From assembly GCA_013239625.1 (NCBI GenBank), contig MU054037.1, positions 312,001 to 376,000 of the forward strand: DNA of 64,000 bases. The letters run 5' to 3'. This DNA comes from Lama guanicoe. Its lineage: Eukaryota. A program made the position numbers and the translations under genes. Of the stretch, positions 1 to 14,180 are shown one piece after another (the first letter of the stretch is position 1; every line of letters starts with the position of its first letter). The notes under the pieces were generated by a model. It ran no database searches and was not told the DNA's origin. It was given only the letters and a program-made list of their open reading frames with translations.

Positions 1-1668
1 TGGCTGTCTTTGGCTGGCAAGCAGAAGGATCCAGCATCCTTTGCCAATAACAGCCTATAAACTACACTGTTCTTTATGTGCACTAGAATGTCTACAAGCC
101 ATTTTGATGAAGTTTAATTCACTGTTAATACACTTGAAATTTTTTTTCAACCTATAATCATATCATCCAAAAGTTCATTAAATGAAGGTTCACTAAGTGA
201 ACAACAATGCCTGAAAATCAGTAATTTTTCAGTGACGGTTGTGATACAATTTTATGAAAAGACCAAACAGGCACCATGATTTGCAGGACCACAATTTAGG
301 AAACATTGGGGATATCTTTGAAATACCAAGGATAAATGCTGCAAGGTAATAAAGCAACAGATACAGACAGTGATGGTTGTAGTAGACATGTGTGTTTCAG
401 GACCACCCATACCCCTTAACTGTCATCAACTGATATGAGAAAATCAGTTCGAACATACATTTTCATCTGTTTGTTGGCTTCTGGCACAAAATACAGCTCT
501 CTGTATTGATTTTGTCCACTTTCCAGAGAAATTGCCCCACTGAGCTTCCTGCATATTCTCTGAGCGCCTTGGTTTTTGCATTTTCAGGTTACCTGGTAAG
601 TTTCTTTAGTCTGGTTATCTCTGGCCCCATAGACACTTTTGCCTCCTCCCCACAGTAGCAACTCAAAGCCCTCCCTCTCACTGGGCTTTAGGACCCACCG
701 TCTCTGACTGCCCTAACTCTCCAGAGGCTTTTGAATATCCTCAGGATTCTCTGCTTTGAAAAATGTTTCCACTTCTTCTCCAGGCTTAGTTTTTTTAAGG
801 CTTTTTGTGGGTATGACAGAAGAATGAGAAACCAGTACAGCTGTTGAGGGCAATGTGATAAGCAGCATTCTAAAATGTGTTGTTTCAAATTGCTTGGGCA
901 ATGGGCAGCCTCAGCTCTGCTTTTTGTATATCTCAAGACCCTTGTGTTTCAGTGAGAATAGTCTCAATGAGGCTTCTGGGGCACCTAATCTCTGGAAAAT
1001 GAGCACTGATTATATAGCATTCTGTATCTTTCACCATTGACTTAGGGCAAAATGAAGGTTTCAGTGGAATGTTATTCATGACGATTGACACCAACCCTGG
1101 TTTTCATTTGTCATCTTTTCTCAGAGTGGAACCTAAATAAAATGAAAAAGACTGAAACTGACTGACAGTCATAGCGGGGAGGATTTCTCCTTCCTGTTTC
1201 CTTTTTAGTAAGTGATGTCAGGAATGAGGGAAAAAAAAAAGAGATGATACCTTTCCCTGCCCCTGGAGCCTTAAGAGTGGTGGGTCATTTTTTAAAAAAT
1301 GATGGTATCTGCCTTAAGTTAAAAAAAGAAAATCCAGGTATGCAGATAGTGCTTCATTGCTTGTGTGCATGTGGACCATCTCAAGAGGAGCTGCTAGAGA
1401 TGAGGGCAGTGGAAAAGGAAGGAAACTTTTCATTCTATACCCTTTTGTACTTCTAAGTTTGTTGGTATCCTGTTTATGCATTACCTTTTAAAAGTATAAC
1501 CGTATCCCTTTTAGGCTTAATAAGTGATCTAGAAAAATGTAAAGCTCCTTCACTACTTGATTTTATCAGTCTTGCTCAATGTATATGTTGACCAAGATCA
1601 TTGCCCATCACTGTCTGTTGCCTTTATTTGTCCTGAGGCTTCATGTTAATCAATTTGGGACTAAGCTT

Positions 1669-2162
1669 TGGGAAGAAATTTTCCTTTCCTCTTCCAGGTT
1701 CTTCTGGCTGTTCTAAGAATTAAATTGATGTGAGACAGATTAACAGGAGAAAACCAAACAAAAGCTTACTAATGTGTACATGGGAGAGACCCAGGAAAAC
1801 TGAGTAACTCCTCCAAATGGCCAAAGCCCTCACTTTAAATACCATCCTCAGCTAAAGACAAAAAGAGGGTGAGAGTCAGTTATGGGAGGTGACCTGGAAA
1901 AGCTCTGTCAGCTTGGGTAGAGCTGTTATGCAGATTAGTCATTGCCTTCTCCACTGATAAGAGTTTCTAGGGATCTGATCATCCTCCTCTTCCTGGCACA
2001 GCTAGGGAGATTTCCCTTATAGATGTGTTTCTTATAAAAAGGTAGCTCCTCTCTGGTTTTCAAGAGTTTTTCTCCTATCTGCTGTTTCAGAAACTGTAAC
2101 CAGCTCAAGATAATTATATGCCAAGGGACATGTTTTGGGGTGGCAAATTCTGTTCCCTACCA
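1669..2162 (-). mobile_element. ERV1-class solo LTR, MER34/MER39-like
   Basis: The reverse complement begins GTAGGGAACAGAATTTGCCACCCCAAAACATGTCCCTTGGCATATAATTATCTTGAGCTG, resembling the MER34-family 5' end. Length is about 500 bp. Confidence 0.7.
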
Positions 2163-5100
2163 CTTCTTTAACTTGAGTTTCAAATTTTTGCGTGTTAGGG
2201 GTATGGCAGTCAGGTCAATTTCATTCCTCCCTCCCTTCTTTCAAAAAGAATTTAAGGCTGTTTCTGGCCAGTATTTTATTCAGCTACTTTAGACAAATGT
2301 GGGTTCAGAATGGGGTATAGTTGCCATGAGCTGAGCCACAAATTATGTTCATTTTAGCTGGACATCTCCCTGCTGCCCTTTAGAGCAAAGTCTTATGCAT
2401 TTGTGGAGCAGAATGTGGGATCTGGAATGAGTTATTCTTGATAGTTCCTAACCCCAGAGTTAAGTCAAATTAAAATAATTGTCCCAGACTCATTTTCCTT
2501 GTCTTAATCTCAGCTACTGTCAGAAAACGTTCAAAATGGAACTTGTATAAATTGTAACTCTGAAAGTGAAGGCTAGAATTCAGCGCCTGCAACCGATGGT
2601 ACTAATCACCACGCTGTCTGGAGTATGTGCTGTTTGGGAGGCAGTTTCTGCAGGGGTCATTGTCCAAAAGCAGGCTGCCATATTGGTTTGTGTTACCAGA
2701 GGTTCATAAAGCTGCTTTCTGGCCAGTGTTTTTTGTCCTACAAAGATATGATAACCCATTTTGTGCAGCACTAACATTTCTTGGGTGTTGATGTTTCCCC
2801 AGGAGATTTACACATTTGATTTTGTACTTTTAAAACAAAGAGGAAGTTATACACATTTGCCAGCCAAACACGAGTAAGAACAAGATAGTTTTTCCTTTTC
2901 TATCTAGTGACTACAAATAGAGTGAGATACAGTTTTTGGCTTTCCTTGTTTTCCCCCCTGGTTTGGAGAAGTGAATGTTAGCTTGTGCTTGAGGATGCCA
3001 CTAAAACAAGGTGATCAACATCCTCTCCAGTGATTACTAAATGTCATGGGAAGGAACATTCTGATTGTTCCACTGACTGATTTAGACAAGACACCACCTG
3101 ATACCTACTTCACAGCAGTGCCCTCATCCTGCAGTCTCCTTATCAACGTAGAGATGACTCACTGTTTTCCTCACTCAGAGAGATTTTCTCTGGTCTGCTG
3201 ATTACGGCAGTGATTAAATAAAACATGGTTCCTGCAGGGGTATGCTTGAAAAAACAACTGTGTTAATTGTGCTTGAACTCGGACAACTGAACTTCCACTG
3301 TTGTAATCAGATATTGGTTCTCAGGTGCTTTTTTTTGGGCAGGGACGGGGTGAAGAAAGAGTCAAGAAACCCCTCTTAGGTGCGCATATGCAACCTACAT
3401 AACTGGCAGAGAGAATACTTTTACATTTTCAGGAGGTGGCATTCCCTCACCTAATTATCATGGCTTCTAACTTAGCCACACAAACCATTAGCATGCCATT
3501 CTAAAAGTCTGGATAGTTCTCTGTGGCATTTCTGATTAGACAGAGAAAGTTTAGGGAAAACTGTATGTTCCAGGCAGCCTAACTTCAATGAAATGTGCAA
3601 CTTCTGGAATTGTCCCCACGTGGACGCAAAAGCTGGATGAATTGCTATTGTTTTCATTAAAAAGGATGTTAGAAGTACCTTTTATCCTTTTTGCTTTGTA
3701 ACAGCTAATTTTTTTTTCCCCTCAAATTCATGTATTTCTCCTTCCTTCCTCCCCCGGCCAAAAGAAAAATTATAGGGGAGTATAGGTTAAAAAAGAGTAT
3801 ATCTATTAAAAAGTATATAGAGATCAAACTTCATTTTCTAACAAATTTGTGTTTCTAGATGTTGAATTTATTCCTTGAATTAATCTTGTTTATAGCATCT
3901 TGTCCTTCAAACTAGTTGCCCATAAAACACTAGTGTTTTTAAAGTTTTTGGAGTAAGTGGCCAGAATTTTCAACGTCAGGAAGTTTCACATGATTTGATT
4001 TCTTGAGTATTAGACTGTCTAACAGGGCTGGGCCATATTCTTGCATGGAGCAGCATGGGCTAGGGTGGAACAGCCTTTGTGCCATCATGTCGGGGCGTAA
4101 GTCCCAGTTTGCTGTAGTCCCCACACCATCACTTGTTAACAGATTGGCCCTTTTTGGCCATTGGTTTTGTAGCCCCTGACTTTCAGTGTCAGTTTAAAAT
4201 CTTTGACGAATCAAGGGATCTTGAGGTTCAGCAGAACATCATTTTGGTATCTCCTTTTTTAAATAATGGAAATTAAATTTTAATGATAGGGAGAAAAATA
4301 GTTGGCTGTGGAGTGAAACATATGTCTGTTGTCTTAAAGACATTTGTACATTTTTAAACAAGAGGGGGAAAGAAGGAAAGAAAGCAGTAATGTAATTTTT
4401 TTTTTTAGTATTCTCTGCAGATATCAAATCATTATATTAGTTTTGAAACATATTGTGTACTCTGTATAATGTGGTTTGCTTATAAAATTACCATGTTGGG
4501 AACATTTATACAAATCTACTAATTACATTTGCCCTTAAATAGTTCCAGTTTTCTTTTTTTCCTTTCAAATAGAACTGAACTACTGAACTTGAAGGAACCT
4601 GAATGTTTCTTAGTTTTCCTTTTTACAGTAAGCAGACAAAAGTATAAAACTGAACGACAGAAATCACTGATGTTTTAGTGAAACAGTTGTTAATTTTTGG
4701 GGCCCTGGTACCTTCCAAAGTATTCAGTAGATTATAGGAAAGGAACTTCATGTAAACAAAAGCCAAAAAACCATCCTGAAACTTTAATAACCATGTGAAT
4801 TTAAATCATTCTCATTTTACAGGCTATTTGTGATCAGATTCTTTCTAATAATACCCTTTTCCTCTTAAAACCATTCCTGTAAACTTCCAAAAACTAAATA
4901 GCAGCCAGAATGGAGGTAGCATCTTGATCGCTTGGTTTGGGGGTGAGAGCTCACCGTAGACCTCAGTATGCTGGGCAGGCCGAGGAGGATGAGAGATGGG
5001 AACCCTCACCCTGGCTACCTGGTGGGCCCTGACTTGCCACATACCCTGGGACCACCTACCCTCCCTGGGCTTTTGGTTCAGTAGCAGGTCCAGGAACAGT

Positions 5101-6734
5101 TGCTGTACCATCTCTTAGCCGATATGAATCAGAATTGTTGACCAGAACAAAAAATAAACTAAACGACAGTCGGCGAGGTGTTAGCAGAGTAAACAGTACA
5201 CGTAGTAGGACGTGCTCAGCCTAGGACGGTGCCCCGAGGCCTCTCCGGCGTTCTGTGCTGGGGCCGTGTCAGCAGTTGGCTGGGTGTGTGTTGTGCTGCT
5301 TTCTGTTGGCCGAGAGCCTGTGACGGCACTGAGGGTGTGGAAAAGTCACTAACTGCACACAGTCCTGTGTAAGATACTATGCAATATATGATACCTATTG
5401 ACTATACATTTTATAGTAAATATATTGTGGTTTGGGGAAATTTATTTCAGAGATAAATGGCACTGTAATGACTCAGTGCTGCATGGATTGGCATTAAATG
5501 GACTTTGTGTCTAAGAACAACGCAGGGACCAGAGAAGAGGTCCATGAAGGCCTTGCCGTTACAGAAAGGATCTTTTCGGCAGCGTTCTAGGCTGCATTCT
5601 TGGTTCACGTGCCTGAAGATACTGTGTATTATTTGCACCTCAACAGCAAAGATCTGTGTGCTCGTTCATTCAGGCAGCGGTGGTGGGTAGCTGATAACAT
5701 CAGCATCACGCCTTTTGGCCTGTGGGGTACATCCGTATACCTTGTCCACTTGGTGCATGTTTCAGAGCCCAGGCAGGTGCATGGGCTCCAGCCTGCATTG
5801 GTGGTTGAGTGTGGTTTGTTTTCACTTCCTTTTGTACTTGGGAGCACAGCGTGACCTGGGCTGTGTGGGAAGGAGCTTGAGACAGGTGGGCCGAAGGATT
5901 GCTCCGGGAGCAATGCTGGGACGGTCATTCCCAAGAACAGAGGAGGTGGGAGTCGTCTACAGGGCATGAGTTGGGGGAGTGGGGTGATGCGGCTGTGGCT
6001 CAGAGGAAGATGGAAACTATTTGGAACAGCTGCTGTGGTGGGCCGGGCACGGGGGGCTGAGCTGAAGTTGAAAGCAAGGCCCGCTGAGTGACAGGGAGAA
6101 AGCCAGTGTGTGAAGCAGGTGTGGCTTGACTGTGTGACTTGTGGCCAAAATGACAGGCTGGGGGGCGGGGCTGGAGGGTTGCCTGGTGGTTCACCTGGTG
6201 TTGGCATACGTGGACCCTGAGAGTGTGGCTATATAGGGGGCTGTTAAGGTGAACAGCAGGGGACCATAGTGGAAGGACCTGGGGCTTCCAGCTCTCCTTA
6301 ACGTGGCTCCTAAGGCCCTTTCTCTCTGAACAGCCCCCCCACCCCGTGCGCATACCCTATTGGGCCAGTCCTGTGTCCCTTTGTACATATCATTCCTTCT
6401 GCCCCTTCCTTTGGCCTAATTACCTACTTCAAGCACTGGCCTAGGTGTCACTTCTGGAAAGCTGTTCCTGGTCGCCCTCTGTTCTGTTCTCTTCTGGGTC
6501 AGCTGACCCTTCGCCCTATCCTCCCGTCTCCCTCTCTGTACTGTAGAAGCTTGTTTCCGGGCTGCTGGCATTTGTGGGTTGGAAGATTCCTTGAGTGCAA
6601 GTGTTCTAGCACCCTGCAGAGCACTGACATAAAGGCGTTCAGTAGAAGGGGGCATAACTGCCTTGTTGCGGTGTTTAGTAGCATAACAGAGTGTTAGAAC
6701 TGAAAGAAAACTATGAAGGCAGCTAGTCCAACTC

Positions 6735-6872
6735 ATCCATTTCATAGCTCAGAGAACTGAAACTCAGAGAGGTTGAGTCCCTGACCTGACGGCACACAGC
6801 TTCACTCAAGGCAGAGCTGGGACTCCGAGTCACCTCTAATTCCAAAAGCCACGTTCTTTCCACTGTACCACA
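6735..6872 (-). mobile_element. MIR SINE
   Basis: Antisense MIR core: ccatttcatag...gaaactcagagaggttgag...ttctttccactgtacca. Confidence 0.65.
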
Positions 6873-7404
6873 GTAACCCACAAAGTGTCTGTGGATGACT
6901 TTTAAGTGTGTAAAGATGACACGCCTCTGCCTCTGCTTAGCGCCTGGTTCCAGGCTCATGTCACTATTCACAGCAGAATGTTATCTCATGCTTCTTGTGG
7001 AGAGGAAGACCGTGTCCTGACAGCGCTTTTCCTCTGCGTGGTGCCAGGTTTACAACAGCTCTTACCTCACTGCTTCCCTTTCCCTTTCCGGGTCTGTCCT
7101 GGTTTATCTTCAGTTGGGGATAAGCAGCAGCAACTGTTTCTAAGTAAATAGAGGAACTGCAGATTCAGAACTTGTGGTTTCAAACACTCAGTGCTTTTTG
7201 CTTCAGCCTGTCCCCTCCCGGCTGCTGTCACTGCTACTCCTGTCTCCAAATTGCCCTGATTTAGCATGGGTTAGAGACTAATAGTGCATGATGGAAGTTT
7301 CCTTCCTGGAGCAGCAGAACTGACAGGGCCCTGGAAAAGGGAAGCCTTAGAAGAGAGAAAGTGGACACTTATCTGAACCATTTTGTATCATTAAAAACCT
7401 GTAA

Positions 7405-7523
7405 GGGGGAGGATATAGCTCAGGAGTAGAGCACATGCTTAGCTGCACAAGGTCCGTGGGTTCAATCTCTAGTACCTCCATTAAATTAATTAGTTAATTA
7501 AAATCTTCAAACATTAAAAAAAA
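7405..7523 (+). mobile_element. tRNA-derived camelid-type SINE (Vic-1-like)
   Basis: GGGGGAGGATATAGCTCAGGAGTAGAGCACATGCTTAGC...GGGTTCAATCTCTAGTACCTCC has A and B boxes and an AT-rich tail. Confidence 0.8.
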
Positions 7524-8999
7524 GTAATCTCTTGGTTTCTAGACCCATCCCTGGAGTGTGGGATACAAGGTGAGGTGTCTAGAAATGTTTGTTTGTTTAT
7601 TTTCTATCTCTAAAACTTACCTCTGAGTTTTTGGACGGTATTTGAGATTTAGAATGTTCGGTTTAGAGTTAAGTCTCAGCGTGACAAAGGGTGGGGGGCG
7701 GCTCGTTCCCTCACCACCTGTTCACAGATGATGCAGCTTTGTGAGGTTGGTCCCAGTTCACTGCGGATCATCCGAACTCTCTGCCCCTCACCCTTGGTCC
7801 AGAGCACTTCAGGGTCAGTTCCAGGACTGGAAGGTCCACTCATCAAGCACAGGGGACGAGCGGTGACTGGTGTGAACCTTTTTGGTTCCTCTGTTAACTA
7901 ACCAAATAGTACGTGATGGGAAAAAAAAATACCCATGTTGGAAATACTTTGGAGACCAGGGTCTTTGAATTCTTCATGACTTAAGAGAACTGTGCAGCAC
8001 TGCTTCCCCTTAGGCACCTCCATATCCGCCCCCCGCCTTTTAACAGTAAGAACTAGATGATGTCCAGTGACCCCTTTAGCTCAGAAGTCCTATGACTTGG
8101 GACAAGCCCAGTGTCTTTGGTCTGAGGGGTTTCTGAAGCCACCTTAGACCTTCTTGGCTCCCAGCCACTTGGGAGTCTGTTTCTGATTCTCTGGGCTGGT
8201 CTTGAGTACCAGGTATTGAACTGGAAGTACATCAGCCGAGGATTTGGACTACATCAGAAGTATTTTGATTTGCTGTATTCTCTGCTTGGCATCTACTCAT
8301 TTCCTTCAGGGACGTCCTCTTCCTTGGAATAAATAACTCCAAATATGCTTGTCTGACTGAGCGAAGAAAGCATTCCAACCAGGCATTTCCAATCAGGGAT
8401 CTTGGGTTGTTAGTCAGAGGTTACTGGGTGGGAAGGATGTCACCCAGTTTGAAATGCTGGCATCCACTCCTTCCCAACCCACCCCCCACCGGCAGTGGTC
8501 CTTATGCTGGCCAGTTTTGAGAGGGACCATCTTGAGACAGAAGCAGCTTTGACGGTAGCAGGTATCAACCAGAAAGTGTTTCTAAGGTGTCAGCATCACG
8601 CTGTTGGGCTGTTACCTGAAGGTGTGATCTAAGAGGTGTCCCAAGTGGTGGCCTCTCCTCTGGAAGCTCTCTGAATGAGAAGGGACTCTCCTGGGGGTCC
8701 CAGAGCTGGGTCGGGATCCCATCCGGAGGCTCTCTGGGGAGCATCAGGAGGCCACACCTGTCTTCTGCTGTCAAGTCTTGACCGTATCAAGAGCAACTGA
8801 CAACTTTTTTCAATAACCATTTAAGGCTCTTGGTTCACATGAAGTATGTGGTCAACTAAAGTACTGCCCCCACCCCAGTTTCCTCCCGAAAGATGTAGCT
8901 TTCACCTGTATTCATCTTACATTACACTCTGTTAGCTTTGAGTCATCTTATAACCTGTGAAGAACTTCTAAAAACTCAGTTTTTATCATCTGACAGGGT

Positions 9000-9560
9000 G
9001 GTGGTCCCTTCCTCATTTGTGTCACCTCTAAACACAAGTTGTTGACCAAAATGAAGATGGTGGGCTAAATCCATGTGCCTGCCACCTGGTGGTTCAGTTA
9101 TCTCTATATAAACCCATCCAATTGCTCATGTTTCTTATGTCATATTCACAAGAATATCATGGGACTCGTTAAAGCCTGGCTCACGCGAAGCTACTCTCTA
9201 CTGAACTATTGATCCAATAAGTCTAATCTGAAAAGGGACTTTGTTAGTTTGGTACTTACTCCCCGTGACCCTGTGTCAGATCTTGGTGATCGCCACCTTT
9301 TCCCTAGGTTTTCATTTATTTAATACCCTAGGCTAGAACTTTTCTGGATGTTGATGCCAGGCTGCTTGGTGTAGACTCCTTGAACCTTCCTGTAGTTAAT
9401 TACTTCCTCATCTTTCAACACCATTCCTTTCTCTGAAGTTTCTGAAGGATGACTGACTGTGATTCATCTGTGACACCTGCTCATACTTTGGGGCTCTGAT
9501 TCATCTGAGCCTGAAGACCTGACTTGACTCAAAGTGGCGGTGGCTCTGCTTCTAGGTCCA
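9000..9560 (-). mobile_element. Degenerate L3/CR1 LINE fragment (tentative)
   Basis: The stretch around tcacaagaatatcatgggactcgttaaagcctgg resembles the antisense of the CR1 reverse-transcriptase KAFD region. It is highly diverged. Confidence 0.35.
9079..9092 (-). promoter_or_regulatory. Candidate CTCF motif
   Basis: The reverse complement CCACCAGGTGGCAG fits the CTCF core. This is a motif match only. Confidence 0.4.
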
Positions 9561-11499
9561 CACCTGTCTTCTGCTGTCAGTCGCTCTTACCGGAGGTATC
9601 TTATCTTTTCCTGTATGAGGAACCTTCTCTGAGATGGAGGAGTTGACAGAGCATGGGTGAGGAGCCGTTTCTCTGCTGGTGGTAGCATTACACTGGCTTC
9701 CCTAAGAAGGCTTTGTTTCTTGCTCTGATCATAGAGCAAGAAGCAAAAAAGAAACCAACAAACAAATTAAAAAACAAACAAAAAACTACCCCTGATAATT
9801 ATTCGCATTTCTCACATGTTTAACTCATCCCAGACGCTAGCCTTCTGGACTTTTTCCTGACAGATACTACTGTCCTTTGTTTCGCCTCCATAAGGTCCGT
9901 CCTCTTGTAGCCCAGACATGCGTATAGAGCATTCCGCAGCAAGGAGTGCTTTGCATCCATTTAGCGGACTTTTCCAGGGCTTTCCTGGCTCCAATCCTCC
10001 ACACCCTTTTGGACCACAGGAGTTTTTCCTCCAAGCTCAGATAACCTCTGCCTCCCTGTGTGCCCTTCCGAGAACTTGGCTTCTCACTGTCATGTTTTTC
10101 TCTAATTTTAAATTGTGACTAGCTCCCTGGGCTGCCTGGCATAACCAGACAGGGCTGAGTTTGTGATTCAAGACAGGATTCAGCCGTGCTGACCACCCAG
10201 AATTTTTATTCCCATCCTGACTCCCTAAGAGACCAGCTCTTCGGAACTCCCACCCAGGGCAGGGCTGGACTGGGTCCACCGATCCCTCTGCCAGGGTTGA
10301 ATTCTCAAGGAGTGTCTGGGCCTCTCCCTGAGCTCAGGCTGCCCAGCCCTTTCCTAGAACCAAAGGAAGGGAACAGACCAGGGGTGGGCCAGCAGAGAAT
10401 CGGGCTGCCTGAGCTTGGAGGCAGGACATTCTGGGAAAGGAACAGGGGAGGAGGTTGGCAAGTTTCCTTCCCGGGAGAACCCCTGGCAGTGGGGCGGTTC
10501 TCTTTTCTGGAACCTAGTGTTGGGAGAGTGCTCTCTGAGGCGCCCACCCTATTTTGGGATGAAGTAAGTCAAGGAGCAGCTCTATCCCGGCTCCTGGAAG
10601 GGCCTTTCATTTCCTCATTTTAGACTTGTTATTCCTACGCAGAAAAGTATCTTAACCCCATTATTACAGATTCAGGATCATTAAGATTCAGGCTGGATTG
10701 AAATTTATCTCTTTATCGACTATGGAAAAGGATTTACAGGGGAAAAATCTTGATGAGCGATGCTGATTTAGGGAAAAGCTCTTTAAAAGGGCCCACTTTA
10801 GGAATGTCTATTTGCATACAAACAATGAAAGTGCTAATTAAGATGATTCTCACATAGTCATCTTAGTTGTGTGAGGACTGCTGCTTGGCAACACTTCTGG
10901 AGTAGAAGTGAGAATACTTGGAAGTAATGAAATATTGCTCCTTCCATCCATCTAACCAACTGAGACATACTGAGTGCCTTCTATTTGCAAGCACCTGTGC
11001 TAGGATCAGGGGGTAGAGGTGGAAGGTCAAGAGTATAAAACCTGGTATCTACCCTCTTGGGTGAACGAGACACTGGGAAAGTCTGGGGAGAACCCGGATG
11101 ACTTGGTCACCCTGCTTCTGGAGTTGAAAGCTTAGTAGGAATGAGAAGAACACCTGAAATGTTTCACCTGTTAGATGGGCCACACCTGTTCACGTTGTGT
11201 TAAAAACTGTCAGCATTCTGCCCTGTAGGGCTTTTTCGCCGCCAGATTGAGCGGTCTAATTCCCTTTTGAAACTATATCCCAACATTTAAGATATTACTG
11301 TTGTCATTTTCATCCCCCTTGGCACCAGCTATCACCGGGCATCTGCTGTGGGCAGGGCTGGGGGCTTTGTGAGCGCTGGTGGGGCTGATTTAGTCTTTCA
11401 GCTCCTGGGGAAACTCCACCACCACCTCCTTACCTTTTAAAGAGAGTGTCAGAGCACAGTAGTTGCAGAGTAAATATTTGTGGACTGAAGTTTATTAAC

Positions 11500-11880
11500 T
11501 TTGTGATTAAGAGTCCAGGGTTTGGAGTCACGCAGGCTTAGTTTCAAATCCTGGCTCTCTGCCAGATGCTGGCTTTATATCCTTGGCTTGCTTGTGACTT
11601 AACCTCTGAGCCTCATTTTCCTCATTTGTGGAATTGCGATTAAATGAAGGTATTCATAAGAATCAGGATGGTAGGCTGCATAGTGTAAGGTAGCCCGCGG
11701 TCCGGAGTCAGACTGCCAAGTCTGATCCGCCTCCTACTTTTATAACCTTGAGCAAGTTATTGGGTCTCTCTGGGCCTTAGTTTACTTATCCATAAAACAG
11801 GGATGATAATAATAGTACCTGTATCTGAGGGTTGTTAAAAGAATTGTATAGTACCATGTGCCTGACATACAGTGTTTGCT
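11500..11880 (+). mobile_element. Two adjacent MIR SINEs
   Basis: The first reads gtgattaagagtccagggtttggagtca...cctcattttcctcatttgt and the second ggagtcagactgcc...ccttgagcaagttatt...gggatgataataatagtacct. Confidence 0.75.
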
Positions 11881-13599
11881 AGATTTTAAAACCTCTAAAA
11901 CTATTAATTATTTCACCTTGGCTCTTAGAGAATTCCTGAGGTTACACAGGGCAGATGTTATTCCCTGTTTGTTTGTTGCTGTTGTTAAATTTGAGGGGCA
12001 AAAAGGAGATTCTGATAGGTTAAAATGGTTTACTGAAGAGAATCTGGCTAGTAAACATTGAAATTGGGGCCAGAACCCGTAGTCTTTGTCATAAAAGAAG
12101 ATACAGGTACATCTATACACATTTATCAAGGGCATACGGGCGCGCGTGAAAATGTTAAGACTGTGATATAATCTGAAGACAAGTGAACAGCAGATGTCCC
12201 TCTTCTGCACCTACTGGCCCCATCAAATGTTGGTGCAAGTGACATTCTCTGTGAAATACACCACTGAGCCTGTACCCTCCAGTTGGGTCCCTGGGACTTA
12301 CTAAGGTTTCCAGTTTAAACGGCTTTCAGATTCTTACTGCCTTAGTGTTGCCGGATCTCTGCCTGGTTCCTTTTGGAGATCCTACTGTATTTATATATGT
12401 GATTTCAGAGCCCCTTTAAAAGAGCTATTTCATTCAGGAGAAGCCCAGGCTAAATAGGCACACTTCCCCACCCAGCCCTGGCCTTTATATTCGGTGTTGA
12501 AACGCTTCATTCTTTGTGAGAAACTTAATTATGAAAGCCGTGTATCAGGGAATGTAAAAATAGCTTTAAAACGCTTGCATCTGCCAATCTCTTGTCACTT
12601 AGGCAGTATCTTTAGACTGAAATGTTTTCATGTCTGTTCACAAACATGGGCACTTCTTAAAACTGCGGCAATGGGGTTGAAATGTAAATACTATCCTATA
12701 TGAGCAATGCAAGGTGCTTTAATACTTAAGTCCTATTTTTGAGCTCTGGAATTCGGTTCCTTCCTGTTGCCAGCTGAACCTGGGACTGATGTGTTAGATG
12801 AAAATATATTCCTATCTTCAAACGTGGACAACAGGACATTCTGTCCTCCAAATTTCAGTGTTTGAGTTGGGTGTTGCAGGAAACTTGGCACCCTTTCTTT
12901 CTTTACAAAATAGTAAACAGAGATGATGTCGCCTCAGGTTTCATCTGATGGGGCTTAGATGCGATTGCCTCATAAAGGCTGATTCATAGACAAATGTGAG
13001 CTAATTATAGTAACTCAAAAATAATGTCCCTGTTTAAATTTGGCCAGGCAAGATGCCTTGCGTGTTTTGTAGGACATGCGAGACTCCATTTCTTTAGTGG
13101 CATGGAGGTGACATGCCCATTCCTATTTTAGCCACACAGTCGTTGTGCTGGGTCATTATCTGTCATCTTTATTTTTTCAGGGATATCTCATGTGCTTTCA
13201 CACACACCCCATGCCCGAATGCTGAAACAGCTCTTAATACCATCTACACAAGGAGTTCTTTCTTGCTCTATGTCCACTGCGTTTTTAAGGAAAAAGTGAG
13301 CTGAAGAAAGTGGATGGCTTTTTCCCCTCCTTTTTTTTAGTTCTAAGCATTTCAGAATCTCTACTATGAAAAAACGCCGGAAGTGATCTGCTTCTCTCTA
13401 TGGAATGAACAGAAAATTGTCAGACTGTTCTGATCATTTCTATTCGACTCACCCTTTCTGCTCTGAATTGGGTTAGAAAATATTTCACCATGGTTCTCTT
13501 CAAAGAAGTTTTGTTTTGAATTTGCTTTAAATACACAGGTGATAAATGGCCATGGTCAGAATTCAAAAATTTAGTAAATAATAAATCTTCCATCTCTCC

Positions 13600-13970
13600 C
13601 ATATTCGTGTACCTAGTTCTCTCTTCAGAATCAATTCTGGGCACCAGTTTCTAGTATACTATTGTGGACCTCTTCCCTGCATTTATAAATATGTGTATAT
13701 GTGTATTTTCCCCATACAAAGGACTTCATACTATGGAGTCTTTTGAATTTGGCTTTTCTGTTTAATCAGAACTTCTGTCTAATTAGAAATCATCCCATCT
13801 CACGTTTTGAGCTACCTCATGCTCTGATAGTTGGGTTGTTTCCGTGGAATAGATGTCATAACACATAAACAACTGCCTGTGAATGGTGGTCAGGCCGTTT
13901 TAATCCTTGGCCACTAAAATCATGGGAGAAGGATGACCTTGTACATCTGCTGTGAGATAGGTCACCCGTC
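13600..13970 (-). mobile_element. Old L1 (L1ME-like) 3' fragment
   Basis: Typical antisense L1M phrases, e.g. ttggcttttctgtttaat and cctgtgaatggtggtcaggccgtttt. Confidence 0.45.
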
Positions 13971-13989
13971 TCAGTGGTGAGGAGTGTGA

Positions 13990-14180
13990 GCAGTGGTGAG
14001 GAGCCCAAAGGCCTGGGTTTAACTCCTACTTTATCCAGTTGCTATTGAACTGTATGGTCTTGGCCAGTTACTTAACGCCTCCATGCCTCATTTCTGAGAT
14101 AGTGTTTATCTGCTAGGTAGGATGTGAGGATTAAAAACACCAATCTATACGAAGCTTACAGACCAGTGCCAGGAATGTAG
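13990..14180 (+). mobile_element. MIR SINE
   Basis: gcctgggtttaactcc...tcttggccagttacttaacgcctccatgcctcatttc...gtgaggattaaa. Confidence 0.65.

Noticed and set aside
5629..6207. 192-aa Pro/Ser-rich minus-strand ORF
   Set aside because: It has no recognisable homology or splice structure and starts at a non-ATG codon. GC-rich sequence produces such ORFs by chance.
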